From the NCBI RefSeq assembly GCF_006345805.1, contig NC_043003.1:94674001-94738000 (forward strand): DNA of 64,000 bases. Direction: 5' to 3'. This stretch comes from Octopus sinensis. Lineage: Eukaryota. The first letter of the stretch is position 1; each line of letters begins with the position of its first letter. The notes under the pieces are model-generated. The model searched no databases and had not been told where the DNA came from. It worked only from the letters and a program-made list of their open reading frames with translations. The translations under genes and the position numbers were made by a program. Below, in pieces: positions 49,977-62,809 of this stretch.

Positions 49977-50616
49977 TCTATGAATATATTTATGCTTAGC
50001 TCATAAATGAGCTAAACCTAAAGTGATGAGGCATTCATTCCCACTCCCCCATTCCCCATTTCATCTGAACAACCGTTCTGTTCTACATGCCTTCTTTCGT
50101 GATTGTTGAAATTCTTTCGACAAAATGGCATTAAAAGTGCTGCCAGGTTTCATCTTTTGACATACAACCTTTTACAACAACAAAGAGTTGCTCATATTTC
50201 CATATCTTTCTTCCTATATATAAACTGACATGTTTAGACTATATTGCCTGTAGAAAACCTTCAACAATATTTCCTGGCAAATGTCATTGACAATATTGTC
50301 ATCGGGAGATTAATGGCACTTAACTTTACCATTGGCTGTAATAAATAAATTACATCACAGAAAATGATACAAACATTGATCTGACTTTGTTAGGTTTTGC
50401 CATTGGCTGACATGTCAGATGTCAGAGTATATGACACACACTAACTAGTGACAAATATATTCAACTTATCATATTTATTGTTTGTTCTCTCTTGTGATTT
50501 GGAATGATGGGCAAATATTTGGATGGAAGAGAAACTGGATGTTAAACTCAAATAAACTGAAGAAGAGAAGTAAAACATTGCGATATTTATACCATTGTGA
50601 ATGGGGTTTTTTTTTT

Positions 50617-51054
50617 CACTCTTTAGTATTTAAACCGGCCATACCCAGCCAAATTATTCTGTCTGTTTTATGTTCAAACTATCAGATCTGGCCTCTCACA
50701 CCATCCCTACAATATCATTCATAAAAATTAACAGTTTACCTCATCAAAATCTCATAGCTACAAGACAATGCATGATTAATTCAAAACAAGATGCACCACG
50801 GAATTTTGTCAGTGAACAGGTCGCGGTCTCAAAGTGACGAAAATATTTTTGCAGATTAAATTTAAATGTTGAAGTGAATCTTATCGGTTTTTGTGCGTTT
50901 CTTAAATGACTTATAAACACCTTCCATGCTGCAATTGTTTTCGTTCCAGCACATGATCTCAGATCAGGTCACTTGCTATGCAAGTACATCTCCATAAAAT
51001 GTGAGTAAACAAAGTATTAATTTTGACACAATAATGTGAACTCTAGAGGATTAA
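50617..51054. mobile_element. Degenerate TTAA-type MITE with an about 200-bp internal insertion (50790-50997)
   Basis: Eroded ends actctttag / tagaggattaa. The insert is CpG-richer and splits the motif caaaacaa|aatgtga. The classification is inferred. Confidence 0.45.
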
Positions 51055-51121
51055 AAGGGTTTTTGATTTTAGGTTTTTTTTTTTAGTGGAGGGTAGTACA
51101 AAAGAAGTGGTATAGTTTTAA

Positions 51122-51551
51122 CCCTTTCAATTCAAACCTACCTCTAGTTCTATGATATAAAGTTCTCAAATTAAAGTGATCTGAATTAAAATCTTACATC
51201 AAAATTTCATTTTAATTTTAGGTTTGAAACACCAGCTTAATAATGACAACATTTTTTGAATAAATTCATCATTATTTTAATAATTTATTGAAACAAAGGC
51301 AGTGTATTTCAACTGAATTATGGTAATGAAAAGGTTAACATCAACCTGCCTAAGATCACTTTCAGTTTTATGGCACAAACATCCTGCTTTGAAGTGTTCT
51401 GATTTAAAACCTTTCATCAAAATTTCATGTTAATTTATGTTCTAAACACCAACTTAATAATAGCAAAATCATTTCATTAAATTCTTCATTATTTTCAAAA
51501 TTAATTAAAACAAGACCAGTCTATTCTGTCAAAGACGTAGTTATGAAAGAG
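51122..51551 (+). mobile_element. Two tandem piggyBac-type MITE copies delimited by TTAA
   Basis: TTAA(51118-51121) CCCTTTCA...TGAAAAGG TTAA(51335-51338), then a second homologous unit ending GAAAGAG TTAA(51552-51555). Confidence 0.7.
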
Positions 51552-51559
51552 TTAAAGGA

Positions 51560-51705
51560 TATTCTGTTATGTCTGGGGAGAGTCATTTTCTTTTCGTGCC
51601 TTATAATGTAACACACTCACCGCTAAAATTTCCACTTATTTCTTATTTTTATTTTCCTAAAATTTTCGTTGCGTCTTGCAACCTTTTCAATAGTCTTGCC
51701 TAAAT
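51560..51705 (+). mobile_element. Dispersed repeat, same family as 60031-60172
   Basis: Near-identical atattctgttatgtctggggagagtcatt...ccttttcaatagtcttg. Confidence 0.75.
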
Positions 51706-51904
51706 CCAAAAACGGAAAGTTAAAGGATAAAAATAAGCAAATCAAAGGTACATTGCTTCCACAATGTATTGAATGTTCTACAATTCTCATCAAGGAGAAT
51801 GGTGTATGCGAATGATTTGTTTTCATTATATAAAGGTGAAAAAAATGGTGTGACCTGACATCTGAAAAAACATTAGCAGTGCAAAGGAAAGTCAAATGAC
51901 TCAC

Positions 51905-51939
51905 CTTGCAGTTTGTTTACTGCATGACACAGACCTGAC
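51905..51939 (-). other. Candidate 35-nt micro-exon
   Basis: Consensus acceptor atttctccag| and donor AAG|gtgagt in unique sequence; reads (R)SGLCHAVNKLQ in phase 2. Confidence 0.3.
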
Positions 51940-52375
51940 CTGGAGAAATGGTACTTATGGAGCATTAACACCAGACAGATTTTCCTATTGGTTCAGAATT
52001 GATTTACAAAGTTAGATTTTGTGATGTATACACTGCCAATTCTTGGCAGCAAAAGCAGTCACTAAGATAGTAGACAATGTTAGTGGTAGTGATAATGGTA
52101 GTGGTAGTGGTGAGGTTTATATGGTTAGTTGACAAGCAAAAATAGCAACTAAATTTCTGACCATAATCTTTTAGAAAAGGAGACACACTCAATAATGTAC
52201 CTTTGTGTATATATCTTTTATCTTTTACTTGTTCCAGTCATTAGACTGTGGCCATGCTGGGGCACTACCTTGAAGAATTTTTAGTTGAATGTACCAACCC
52301 CAGTAGATATTATTTTCTTAAAGCCTGCTACTTATTCTGTTGGTTTCTTTTGCTGAACTGCTAAGTTACAAGGGC

Positions 52376-52444
<69 letters not shown>

Positions 52445-52724
52445 CATGTATGTGTGTGTGAGTGCCTTTGTGCTTGTGTTTATCTTCTACCACCACTTCA
52501 TGGCCAGCGTTGGCTTGTTTACATCCCCGTAACTTAACAGTTTAGTATAAGAGAGTAATAGTATAAGTGCCAGGCTTAAAAAAATAATTACGTACTAGAA
52601 TTGATTTGCTTGGCTAAAACCCTTCCAAGAGATGCCCCAGCATGGCTGCAGCCCAATGACTGAAACAAGTTAAAGATAAAAGATAAAAAAAGATACATAA
52701 CATAAAATATATACATATATATGT

Positions 52725-52770
<46 letters not shown>

Positions 52771-54002
52771 ACATATATAGATAGATACATACACACATTC
52801 ATGTATAAAAATATCATTCATATATATATAAATATATACTGACACACACACACACATGTATATATACAGACACTCACACACATAAATCCTCATTATCATC
52901 ATCAGTGTAGCATGGAGAAATAAATGGAGAAATATTGATGAACAACAATTAATTTGCACCAATTATTATTTATTAATTCAATGCAAACAGACTGCATCCT
53001 GTCTAACAGCTGTTTCTGCTTCAAATCTAGTATGGTATTGCAATTGATATGCTAAAACATATATTTATGATATTTGGTAATAAAACTGATCTAGAACATG
53101 GAGCTTCATCAGATTGAAGACTAAATAAAAGAAAAACCTAGAGAATAAAAAAGAAAAGTTGAATATGGCTGTATTCATACAATTTTCCTTGTGTATCTCT
53201 TTGGGATGTTAAGTAAATGTTTAAACCTAAAATAGTATTTGAATAATTAAATAATAATTGATATAAATCAATCATTGTTCATCAATGCTTTTCCATTTTC
53301 TGTTTCTTTAAATTTTGATGCTTGATAAACTCATGTTTCTCCTTGTTTTTACGTATAATTTATGAGCATAATTTGCTTGCATATGTATGCCCATGGTTAA
53401 ACATAGGCAATATACCAGTAGTATAATGGATACTTCTATCCCTTAGACAGCTATTTTAACCTCTAACTCAGCTAACCTTATATATCACGACCAACCAGTG
53501 GTTAAACAGTCAGACTAAGCATGTGTCATTAAAAGTCCTTCAATTAACCTATACATACAACAGACAATGGAATTGAGAGATATGACAAGGTTTTAATGAA
53601 AGAATATATGTGAAGTGAAAAGAGAGAAATATTTATGAACATTAAGTGTAAGACTATTTAGATTAGTCTTGAAATGCTTATGGCTACCAATGGGGTCAGA
53701 TGGTAATTTAGCTATTAGCTGCTCTTAAATTGTAGGCTTCTGGGAGTTATATTCAATTATTCAGATAATGTTGAAAATTTATGAATGTGTGTGTGTGTGC
53801 GTGCATGTGGCAGTGTGGTTGAGAAACTTGCTTCTCAATCATTTGGTTTGGGGATTAGGCGTTGGTTAGAAACAGACGAAGGTTGGTGACAGGAAGGACA
53901 TCCAGCTGCAGAGAATCTACATAACAACTGAAAATTCATAGCAAATTCCTCATCAGTCAACGTCCAAAGGATCCTTATGATTTCATACCTTTAACATTGA
54001 TA

Positions 54003-54345
54003 TTACTCTTTACTCTTTTACTTGTTTCAGTCATTTGACTGCGACCATGCTGGAGCACCGTCTTTAATCGAGCAACTCGACCCCGAGACTTATTCTTTGT
54101 AAGCCCAGTACTTATTCAATCGGTCTCTTTCGACGAACCGCTAAGTGACGGGGACATAAACACACCAGCATCGGTTGTCAAGCAATGCTAGGGGGACAAA
54201 CACAGACACACAAACACACATGCACACATATACATATATACATATATGCGACGGGCTTCTTTCAGTTTCCGTCTACCAAATCCACTCACAAGGCTTTGGT
54301 CGGCCCGAGGCTATAGTAGAAGACACTTGCCCAAGGTGCCATGCA
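54003..54345 (-). mobile_element. SINE family A copy, head truncated
   Basis: Reverse-complement match. Confidence 0.88.
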
Positions 54346-54359
54346 ATATCAATGTTAAA

Positions 54360-54556
54360 GGTGATTTGGGGATCGTTTCAGTACTGGACAAGGATTCTGG
54401 ATTATTTTACCTTTCTTTTTACTTAATTTTAGTTTTCTCGTTTAAGAGAGCACTCAAGTTTATTTCAGATATTCTCATTTTACAAATCACCTCTGGCTAA
54501 TCCTTGATAGGAAGTTGGTGCTGCCTTAGCAGAGGTTTGCACTTTCTGGGTGCTCC
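54360..54556 (+). mobile_element. 3' half of a Helentron/HINE-like element
   Basis: Homologous to 55884-56100, including the 3' subterminal IR. Confidence 0.65.
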
Positions 54557-54561
54557 TGTTG

Positions 54562-54604
<43 letters not shown>

Positions 54605-54612
54605 CATCAACA

Positions 54613-54728
54613 ACAATAATCAGAGCATTGGGTTCAATACCACCCAGCCTGAAAAAACATCTGAAAACTTTAGAAATACTCTGCAATATCGGTGTATTGC
54701 AAAAATCAGCATTACTCGGAACGGCACT
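54613..54728 (+). mobile_element. C-terminal fragment of a third RLE (Dong/R4-like) LINE among TAA-class repeats
   Basis: IIRALGSIPPSLKKHLKTLEILCNIGVLQKSALLGTA resembles the IIGALG...LQKxALLGTA end of Dong/R4 ORFs. Confidence 0.65.
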
Positions 54729-54810
54729 TGATAGACAGTACCAACCCCCAGTACACACAATATCTTCAGTCAACAACATCATGATATTATATACTGTGTG
54801 ACATCTTAAA

Positions 54811-54858
<48 letters not shown>

Positions 54859-55755
54859 GCTTTTCTATTATAGGCATGAAGCCTGAAATGTTGGGTGAGA
54901 GGCCTAGTCAATTTTGTTGACCCCACTGCTTGACTGATACCTGTTTTATCAATGCCAAAAGGATGAAAGGCAAAATAAGTCTTTGTGGAATTCGAACTCA
55001 GGACCTAATGGTAGACATGATAACGCTAAACATTTTGATTGGTATTCTATCCTCAAAACAGATGTAATAACTTAACAGATCATTGATTGAAAAGAGTAAA
55101 TCTCAAGAGTGAGAAGATTTTACTTACTTCCCTTTCCTTCCTCTTCAGAATGAAGATATATGGTGTATTGATGTTATCAGGTCTTTGATGTAGTAACTTT
55201 ATTATCTTTAATTCTCCCATTAATGGAAAATGAAACCAATTTCTTACTAGTGGCTATTTCTAAGAATTTTTTTTTTTTTTTATGTCTTCTTATCGTATTT
55301 ATTGATGTAGTGATGGAGTGATTGAGTGATTGATTACTTTAGTAAAAGACATTTTTCATGCTTAGAAGAGAGTATATGGTCTCAGGCTTACACTTGTATG
55401 TTATTGGTGCCAAGTCTGCCAATACACCGATGATTGATGCCAAAAGGAAGTGAAAAGCTAAATCAACGGTAGTATAAGGTTGAATTACATAGAACAACAA
55501 TAACCATCTCATCCAGTAGTTCCCAACTAGGATCCATATGACCCCTGCAAATCTATAAAATCTTTGAGGTTGACTTTGCCTTTCATCCTTTTGGGGTTGA
55601 TAAAATAAGTACCAGTACCAGTTATGCACTGGGGTTGATGTAATTAACTAGCCCCTTCCCCCTAAATTTCAGATCTTGTGCCTATAGTAGAAAGAATTAT
55701 TATTATTATTATTATTATCATTATTATTATTATTATTATTATTGTTATTATTATT

Positions 55756-56097
55756 ATTACTTCCGCTTTAGTGAAAGCAGAGGTATTGTTTACAGTCATG
55801 TTTGTTTGTCTGTGGACCACTGGATGGATTCGGATGAAACTTTCAGGGATGTTTGGCCTCATGACTGGCATGAACTGATTAGATTTTGGGATCGATTTGG
55901 CACTGGACAAGGATTCTGGATTATTTTGCCTGTTTTTTTACTTAATTTTTGAGAGCAGCCGAGTTCATTTTTAGTATTCTCGTTTGTGAGAGTAGTCAAG
56001 TTTATTTCAGATATTCTCATTTTACAAATCACCTCTGGCTAATCATTGAGAGGATGTTGGTGTTGCCTTAGTGGAAGTTTGTGCTCTCTGAGTGGTC

Positions 56098-56100
<3 letters not shown>
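55756..56100 (+). mobile_element. Helentron-associated (HINE/DINE-1-like) element inside (ATT)n
   Basis: Asymmetric subterminal IRs acttccgctttag (55759) and ccttagtggaagt (56066), a gtttgtttgtctgt repeat after the 5' IR, a short 3' hairpin gctctctgagt, and TT flanks. Confidence 0.7.
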
Positions 56101-56196
<96 letters not shown>

Positions 56197-56470
56197 CATT
56201 ATTATTATTATATTATTATTATTATTATTATCATTATTATTACTTAGGTGGCTAATTGACAGAATTGTTATTATACCAGACAATATGCATAGCAGTATTC
56301 CATCTGTCTTTTTGTTCTGAGTTCAAATTCTGCCAAGATGAACTTTGCGTTTCATCCTTTCAGAGTTGAAAAAAATAACTACCAGCCAAACAGTGATGTT
56401 CATGTAATCGACTATACCGCTTCCCAAAAACTTGAGGCCTTGAGCTAATAGTAGAAAGGATTGTTGTTGT

Positions 56471-56820
56471 TATGAGTGTGATCGTTGCCAGAGCAACAAG
56501 ATGGCCTCCGTGCCGGTGGCAAGTAAAAAACACCGTTCGAGCGTGATTGTTACCTGCGTCGCCTTACTGGCACTTGTGCTGGTGGCACATGAAAAACATT
56601 CAAGCGTGGCTGTTGCCAGTACTGCCTGACTGGTCCTCATGCCGGTGGCATGTATAAGCACTCACTACACTCTCGGAGTGGTTGGCTTTAGGAAGCGCAT
56701 CCAGCTGTAGAAACCTGCCAGATCAGATTGGAGTCTGGTGTAGCCATTTGGTTTGCCAGACCTCAGTCAAATTGTCCAAACCATGCTAGCATGGAGAGCG
56801 GACTTTAAACGATGATGATG
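56471..56820 (+). mobile_element. RTE-type 3' tail copy
   Basis: Three units plus the canonical tail and (gat)n. Confidence 0.8.
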
Positions 56821-56854
56821 GTGTTGTTGTTGTTGTTGTTGTTGTTATTGTTGT

Positions 56855-57570
56855 TGCAGTGAACTGGCAGAATCATTCCCTCACCAGACAAAATGGTCAG
56901 TGACATTTCTTCCAGCTCTTTACATTCTTGCATTTAAATGTCATTAAAGTCAACTTTACCTTTCATCCTTTTGGGGTCAATAAATTAAATACCAGGTGAG
57001 CATTGGGGAGAGATTGTTGATGCCATCGATTTCCCTATCTCCTCAGAATTACTAGCCTTGTACCATAATTAGAAAGAACTGTTACTACCATTCAAGATTT
57101 TCATTATTTCTTTTTACAGTAAGGCAGCAAGCTGTCAGAATCATTAGCACACTGGGTGAAATGCTTAAAATTTTATTTGTCTTTACATTCTGGGTTCAAA
57201 TTCCACCAAGGTCACCTTTGTCTTTCATCCTTTCAGGGTCGATAAATTAAGTACCAGTTGAGTACTGGCATCGATGTAACCAACTTACCTACTTTTCCCA
57301 AATTTCAGGCCTTGTGCCTATAGTAGAAAAGATTATTTCTTTTTACAGTAAGGCAGCAAGCTGGTGGAATTTTTAGCACACCAGGCAAAGAAGCTTTGCA
57401 GCGTTAAATCCATCTTTACAATCTGAGTTCAAATTCTGCCAAGATTGACTTTGCTTTTCATCCTTTCAGGGTCGATAAAATAAGTACCATTTGATCACTG
57501 GGGTCCATATAATCTACTTACCCCTTTTCCCAAAGTTGCTGGCCTTGTGCCAGAATCTGAGACCATTATC
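56855..57570 (+). mobile_element. Three tandem SINE family B units (alternative-tail subfamily)
   Basis: Central domain at about 56960, 57225 and 57460. Units 2 and 3 share an identical 32-bp 5' flank/head. Confidence 0.85.
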
Positions 57571-58675
57571 TCCTTTTACAATTTTTCATCAAATTATCTC
57601 TTTCCATGTTATCACACAGGCAATAGTCTTGAAAATTAGACTATTTATATTTTGTAGTTGTCATAATTACTTGTACAGTTGTTCAGTTATTTTGTCTGTT
57701 ACGTTTGTGACCTAACTATATCATTCATGCTTATAGCTATTTTATCCTTTGTGTCTCTCAGTCTATAAAGATGCCTTTGAGCAAGCAGATATTCAGTTAT
57801 GAGGTTCCTTTAATCATGTCATGGACATGGCTACCTCTATAGTACCAATGCCATGAGAAAATGTCCCCAGTACACCATACAGAGTGTGAAAAGAAAGGAA
57901 ATCTTTAGTCTTGTAAAGAACATGATACCTCTCTCGTAAGGACAGATTAAGACCTATAGAGGCTCTAAGCACTTAAAAGATTATGGTGCCCCCATATATA
58001 TGGACTTCAAAATAAAAACAATTATAAACTATAAAATAAAATTTTATTTTTCAAAATAAAACAAAACTAATAGTAAGACAGAATATAATGTTTATATATT
58101 TTTTTTACTTCCACTTTATTTATATTGGAAAAGTTTTCTCCTACATTTTTAATTGCAAAGTTTTTGATCAGATCCTCAAAATTAGTCATATGTAACACAT
58201 CTGCTTCTATACTTAATTGAGATAAGGCACCCCAAATATTATTTTAGCAAGTTTAAAGTGATTTCTTTTGTGCTGTAAACTATTTACCATTTCTGTGATC
58301 CCCCTCCCTCTGCTTCCCTTGATGCCCTAAACACATGCTTATTTTGCTTAACTATTTATCCAGCACTGCTTCCTAGTGATGATATGAAGAAAAGCACCCA
58401 GTTCACTCAGCAAAGTGCTGATACTTGAAAGAGCGTGGAACAAGAAACCAAATCAAAAATGAGACTCACAAGCTAGATACAGTCCTCCTTATCTAGATGA
58501 GCAATATTCATGAATATGTGTTGATTCAAACTGTGACAACCTTTCTTATTTCTTTATTGCCCACAAGGGGCAACCTTTCTAATGCATACCAGCATGGAAA
58601 GTGGACATAAACCAATGATAATGATAATGAGGAAGATAACAATGACAACAGTCATAGCAGCGATGATGACAATGT

Positions 58676-58901
58676 GGCGAGCTGGCAGAAACGTTAGCAC
58701 GTCGGGCGAAATACGTAGCCGTATTTCGTCTACTGTTACGTTCTGAGTTCCAATTCCGCCGAGGTCAATTTTGCCTTTCATCCTTTCGGGGTCAATAAAT
58801 TAAGTACCAGATACGCACTGGGGCCGATGTAATCGACTTAATCCGTTTGTCTGTCCTTGTTTGTCCCCTCTGTGTTTAGCCCCTTGTGGGTAATAAAGAA
58901 A
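58676..58901 (+). mobile_element. SINE family B copy
   Basis: Full-length match. Confidence 0.9.
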
Positions 58902-59839
58902 CAGATGACAATGATGACAATGATGACAATGGCAGTGGCAATGAAAAGGATAAGAGTGAACGATGATGACCATAAGAACCACAAAAATCTCTATGATGAT
59001 GATGAGGATGATGACAGCAACAAAGACAACAAATATGAAGGTGACAGTGACATCAGTAATCAAGTGGTGGTGGTGAAGATGATGATAGCAGTAGCAATGA
59101 CAATGGTGGTGGTGGTGTGGTGGTGGTGGTGATGAGTACTAGGCTTACAATGAATAAGTCCTGGGGTCGAGTTGCTCGACTAAAGGCGGTGCTCCAGCAT
59201 GGCCGTAGTCAAATGACTGAAACAAGTAAAAGAGTAAAAGAGAGTAAGAGTGAGACATGCAGATACTCAATCTGTCAGACCATCAGGCAGACAAGCAGGC
59301 AGGCAGACATACAGGCAGGCAAGCAGGCAGGCAAGCAGGCAGGCAGGCAGACAAACAGATTGACACAGCAGAGTAATTTGTAGCATTTGTCTTAAGCTAT
59401 TCACAAACACAATGCCTGCTGTAAGGTTTCAGTTTGCGGTCATTTGATCAGTCAACCAGTTTCAACAATTACAGCCATCATGACACTTTAGTTAGTGATG
59501 ATGAAGAATTCTTACAACATTCCAGCTTTGTCTTTCATTTTCCATTGAATACAAACTTAATGATTCATTCATTTTCGTTTTGTATTAGGTGTTATAGTTT
59601 GTGCAGGCGGCATTGTGAGGATAAGAAGTTTGCTTTCCAATTACTGTGTTCCATGTTTGGTTCCACTCCAGGACATCTAGGGCAAGTGTTTTCCCCCTAG
59701 AGTTCCAAGGCTGACCAACCACTTGGAAGTGGATTTGGCTGATAGAAACTGAAAGAAGCCTGTCATGTGAGTTTGTTTGTGTGTGTGTGTTTGTGTGTGT
59801 GTGTGTTTGTGTGTGTGCGTGTGTGTGTGTGTATCATCA

Positions 59840-59882
<43 letters not shown>

Positions 59883-59889
59883 ACATAGC

Positions 59890-59942
<53 letters not shown>

Positions 59943-59974
59943 TACACAGCCACATCTGCATCATATATATATAT

Positions 59975-60242
59975 ATTTCGTTTTGGGATTTGGTTTGCAC
60001 GATTCTTTATATGAGTTCGTGTGTTGAAGCATATTCTGTTGTGTCTGGGGAGAGTCATTCTCTTTTAGTGCCTTATTATTTAACACACTCACCGGTAAAA
60101 TTTCCACTTATTTCTTATTTTTATTTTCTAAAATTTTTTCGTTGTGTCTTGCAACCTTTTCAATAGTCTTGACTCTTTTCAAGAGTGTGTTAAATAATAA
60201 GGTACTAAAAGAGAATGACTTTCCCCAGACTCAACAGTATAT
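59975..60242. mobile_element. (TA)n-flanked repeat with a 60-bp inverted terminal duplication (Penelope-like arrangement)
   Basis: 60031-60090 against the reverse complement of 60183-60242 is 56/60 identical; (TA)n lies on both sides. Confidence 0.7.
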
Positions 60243-60252
60243 ATATATATTT

Positions 60253-60331
<79 letters not shown>

Positions 60332-60334
60332 GTG

Positions 60335-60670
60335 CAGATGTGGCTGTGTAGTAAGAAGCTTGCTTCCCAACACATGGTTCTGGGTTCAGTCCCACTGTAT
60401 GGCACTGTAGACAAGTGTCTTCTACTATAGCCTCAGGCCAACCAAAGCCTTGTGAGTAGATTTGGTAGTCGGAAACTGAAAGAAGCCTGTCATATGTACA
60501 TATTTGTGTGTTTGTATATGTGTTTGGCTCCCAACCCCACCATCGCTTGACAACTGATTTTGGTGTGTTTACATCTCTGTAACTCAGCAGTTCAACAAAA
60601 GAGACTCATGGAATAAGTATTAGGCTTACAAAGAATAAGTTTTCTGAGGTTGATTTTTTTTTCAACTAAA
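60335..60670 (+). mobile_element. SINE family A copy
   Basis: Head, CORE-like domain and most of the tail. Confidence 0.85.
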
Positions 60671-61282
60671 AGAATATATCATCACTATCATCATCCAGTT
60701 TGATTCATGTAACTCCCATTAAATTGGTTGAGTGCCCTTCTTTTGTTTATCCACTTGGCGGCGGTGGTGGTGGTGGTGCTGGTGGTGGTGGTGGTGACAA
60801 TGATGATAGTGATTGTTATTGTTTTTTTAAAAGACTGAATGTTTGATTTTTGCTTCTACCTCATCCCTCACACACACACACACACACACACAAAAAAAAA
60901 ATGACATTTGATCACTCCTTACAAAAAGTTCATTTAATTGAAGTTAGTCTTTACAATATTAAGGCATGTTTTGGGGAGTTTTTTGTTGTTGTTTTTTTCT
61001 ATATTTTATACCAAAATATAAAGAATATATTGTAAGAGGTGCCAGTTTTCTCTGTCATTGAATGAAAACTGGTGAAAAGTCAGACAGAAAGATCACAAAT
61101 CAGCATTCAGAACGAATTCCAATCTTTGTTAATTGAGGCAGAAGTTAGAAAGGAAAGAATAAAGTTGAGAATTTTCAATAAACTCTTCTTTTCAAGTGTT
61201 AAAGTTGATTTTAGCAAAAAATGCAACAAAAAAAATACAAAAAAGTCAGTTAGAAAAACACAAAGAAAGAATTGGATGCTTA

Positions 61283-61465
61283 GGAGGGCTGTGTGGTAAG
61301 TAGCTTGCTTACGAGCCACATGGTTCCGGGTTCAGTCCCACTGTGTGGCACCTTGGGCAAGTGTCTTCTACTATAGTCTCAGGCCGACCAAAGCCTTGTG
61401 AGTGGATTTGGTAGACGGAAACTGAAAGAAGCACATCGTATATATATGTATATATATGTATATAG

Positions 61466-61497
<32 letters not shown>

Positions 61498-61712
61498 ATA
61501 TGTTTCTGTGCCTGTGTTTGTCCCCCAAACATCGCTTGACAACCGATGCTGGTTTGTTTACATCCCTGTAACTTAGCAGTTCGGCAAATGAGACCGATAG
61601 AGTAAGTACTAGGGTTACAAAGAATAAGTCCTGGGGTCAATTTGCTCGACTAAAGACGGTGCTTCAGCATGGCCGCAGTCAAATGAAACTAAAAGAGTAA
61701 AAGAGAGAAGAG
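61283..61712 (+). mobile_element. SINE family A copy, full length
   Basis: Full-length match. Confidence 0.9.
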
Positions 61713-62399
61713 ATGAAAGATAATAACAGACAAAAAAAAATAAAGTAAGAAATGAAGAAAAAAGTGTGAGCAAGATTATTTAAATGTTAAGTGATTGAAA
61801 GAGCAATAGCAAGAAAACTATTAGTTGAATGTCCTCTCATAATAATATCATCTTTAAGTTGATATGGCATTGATTATTTGATTATTCATAACTTGATATC
61901 AAGTGGTACCAGTATAAAAGTCAAGTCTTGTATGTATACTAAATATTATCTCTTAAAATCACTAACTTTGTTTTTGGAAGCGAGTTATAACTTAAGGAAA
62001 TATATAAAAAAATATATATTAAAATATATTTTTAAAAATATATAAAGAAATATATTTTAAAAAATATATAAAAATATATTTTAAAAAATATATTAAGAAA
62101 TATATTTTAAAAAACCCAGAAAAACAAAAAAAAAACCAATATGAGAAGCTACACTTCAACAATATTTGTAGAAGTGTAGTTGTAAAATGTCACTTCATTT
62201 CTTCTGCAGTAGCAGTGGCAAGAGCAGCAACAGTAACGACTGCAGTGGTAGCAGTAGTAGCAGCAATAATAAACCGCAACCATCAATAGAACTGCATCTA
62301 CTGCAGCAGCAGTAACAACAATAGTCGCAATAGTGTTGGGATAAACAGACAACGCTACTATTAGTGTTATACTTTTTTCAAAGAAATCAACTGTCAACG

Positions 62400-62419
62400 G
62401 CATTGGTAGTAGTAGTAGC

Positions 62420-62490
<71 letters not shown>

Positions 62491-62552
62491 CAGTGGTAGT
62501 GGTGGTGGTGGTGGTGGTGGTGGTAGTAGTTGTAGTAGTAGTAGTAGTAGTC
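62400..62552 (+). repeat. (GTA/GTG)n trinucleotide repeat
   Basis: Direct reading. Confidence 0.95.
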
Positions 62553-62792
62553 AAAGAGAAGTGAAGGTGAAGTGACTGTATCGATGGGTGGGTACTGCCA
62601 CAGAGCTGACTGACCATTACCACTTTCTCTGAAATTTCTTAGAGGAAATAACAACAACCACAACAACAACACCGACTACAACAACAACAGCTACATTACA
62701 AATTAGCTAAAATCTTATCTTGTATATAATAGACAAATGCCAAATTCTTGGCTTGCTGATAAATCAGTCACTCTTCATGGATTTCAGATTAC

Positions 62793-62809
62793 CGTCTCCT
62801 ACTCTCCAT
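62793..62809 (-). other. Candidate first coding micro-exon (MESRR)
   Basis: aaacATGG context in a unique, CpG-containing block (62820-62950), followed by possible donor CG|gtaatc. Confidence 0.2.

Noticed and set aside
61995-62115. AT-only minisatellite of about 30-bp units
   Set aside because: Low-complexity slippage product with no distinguishing structure.
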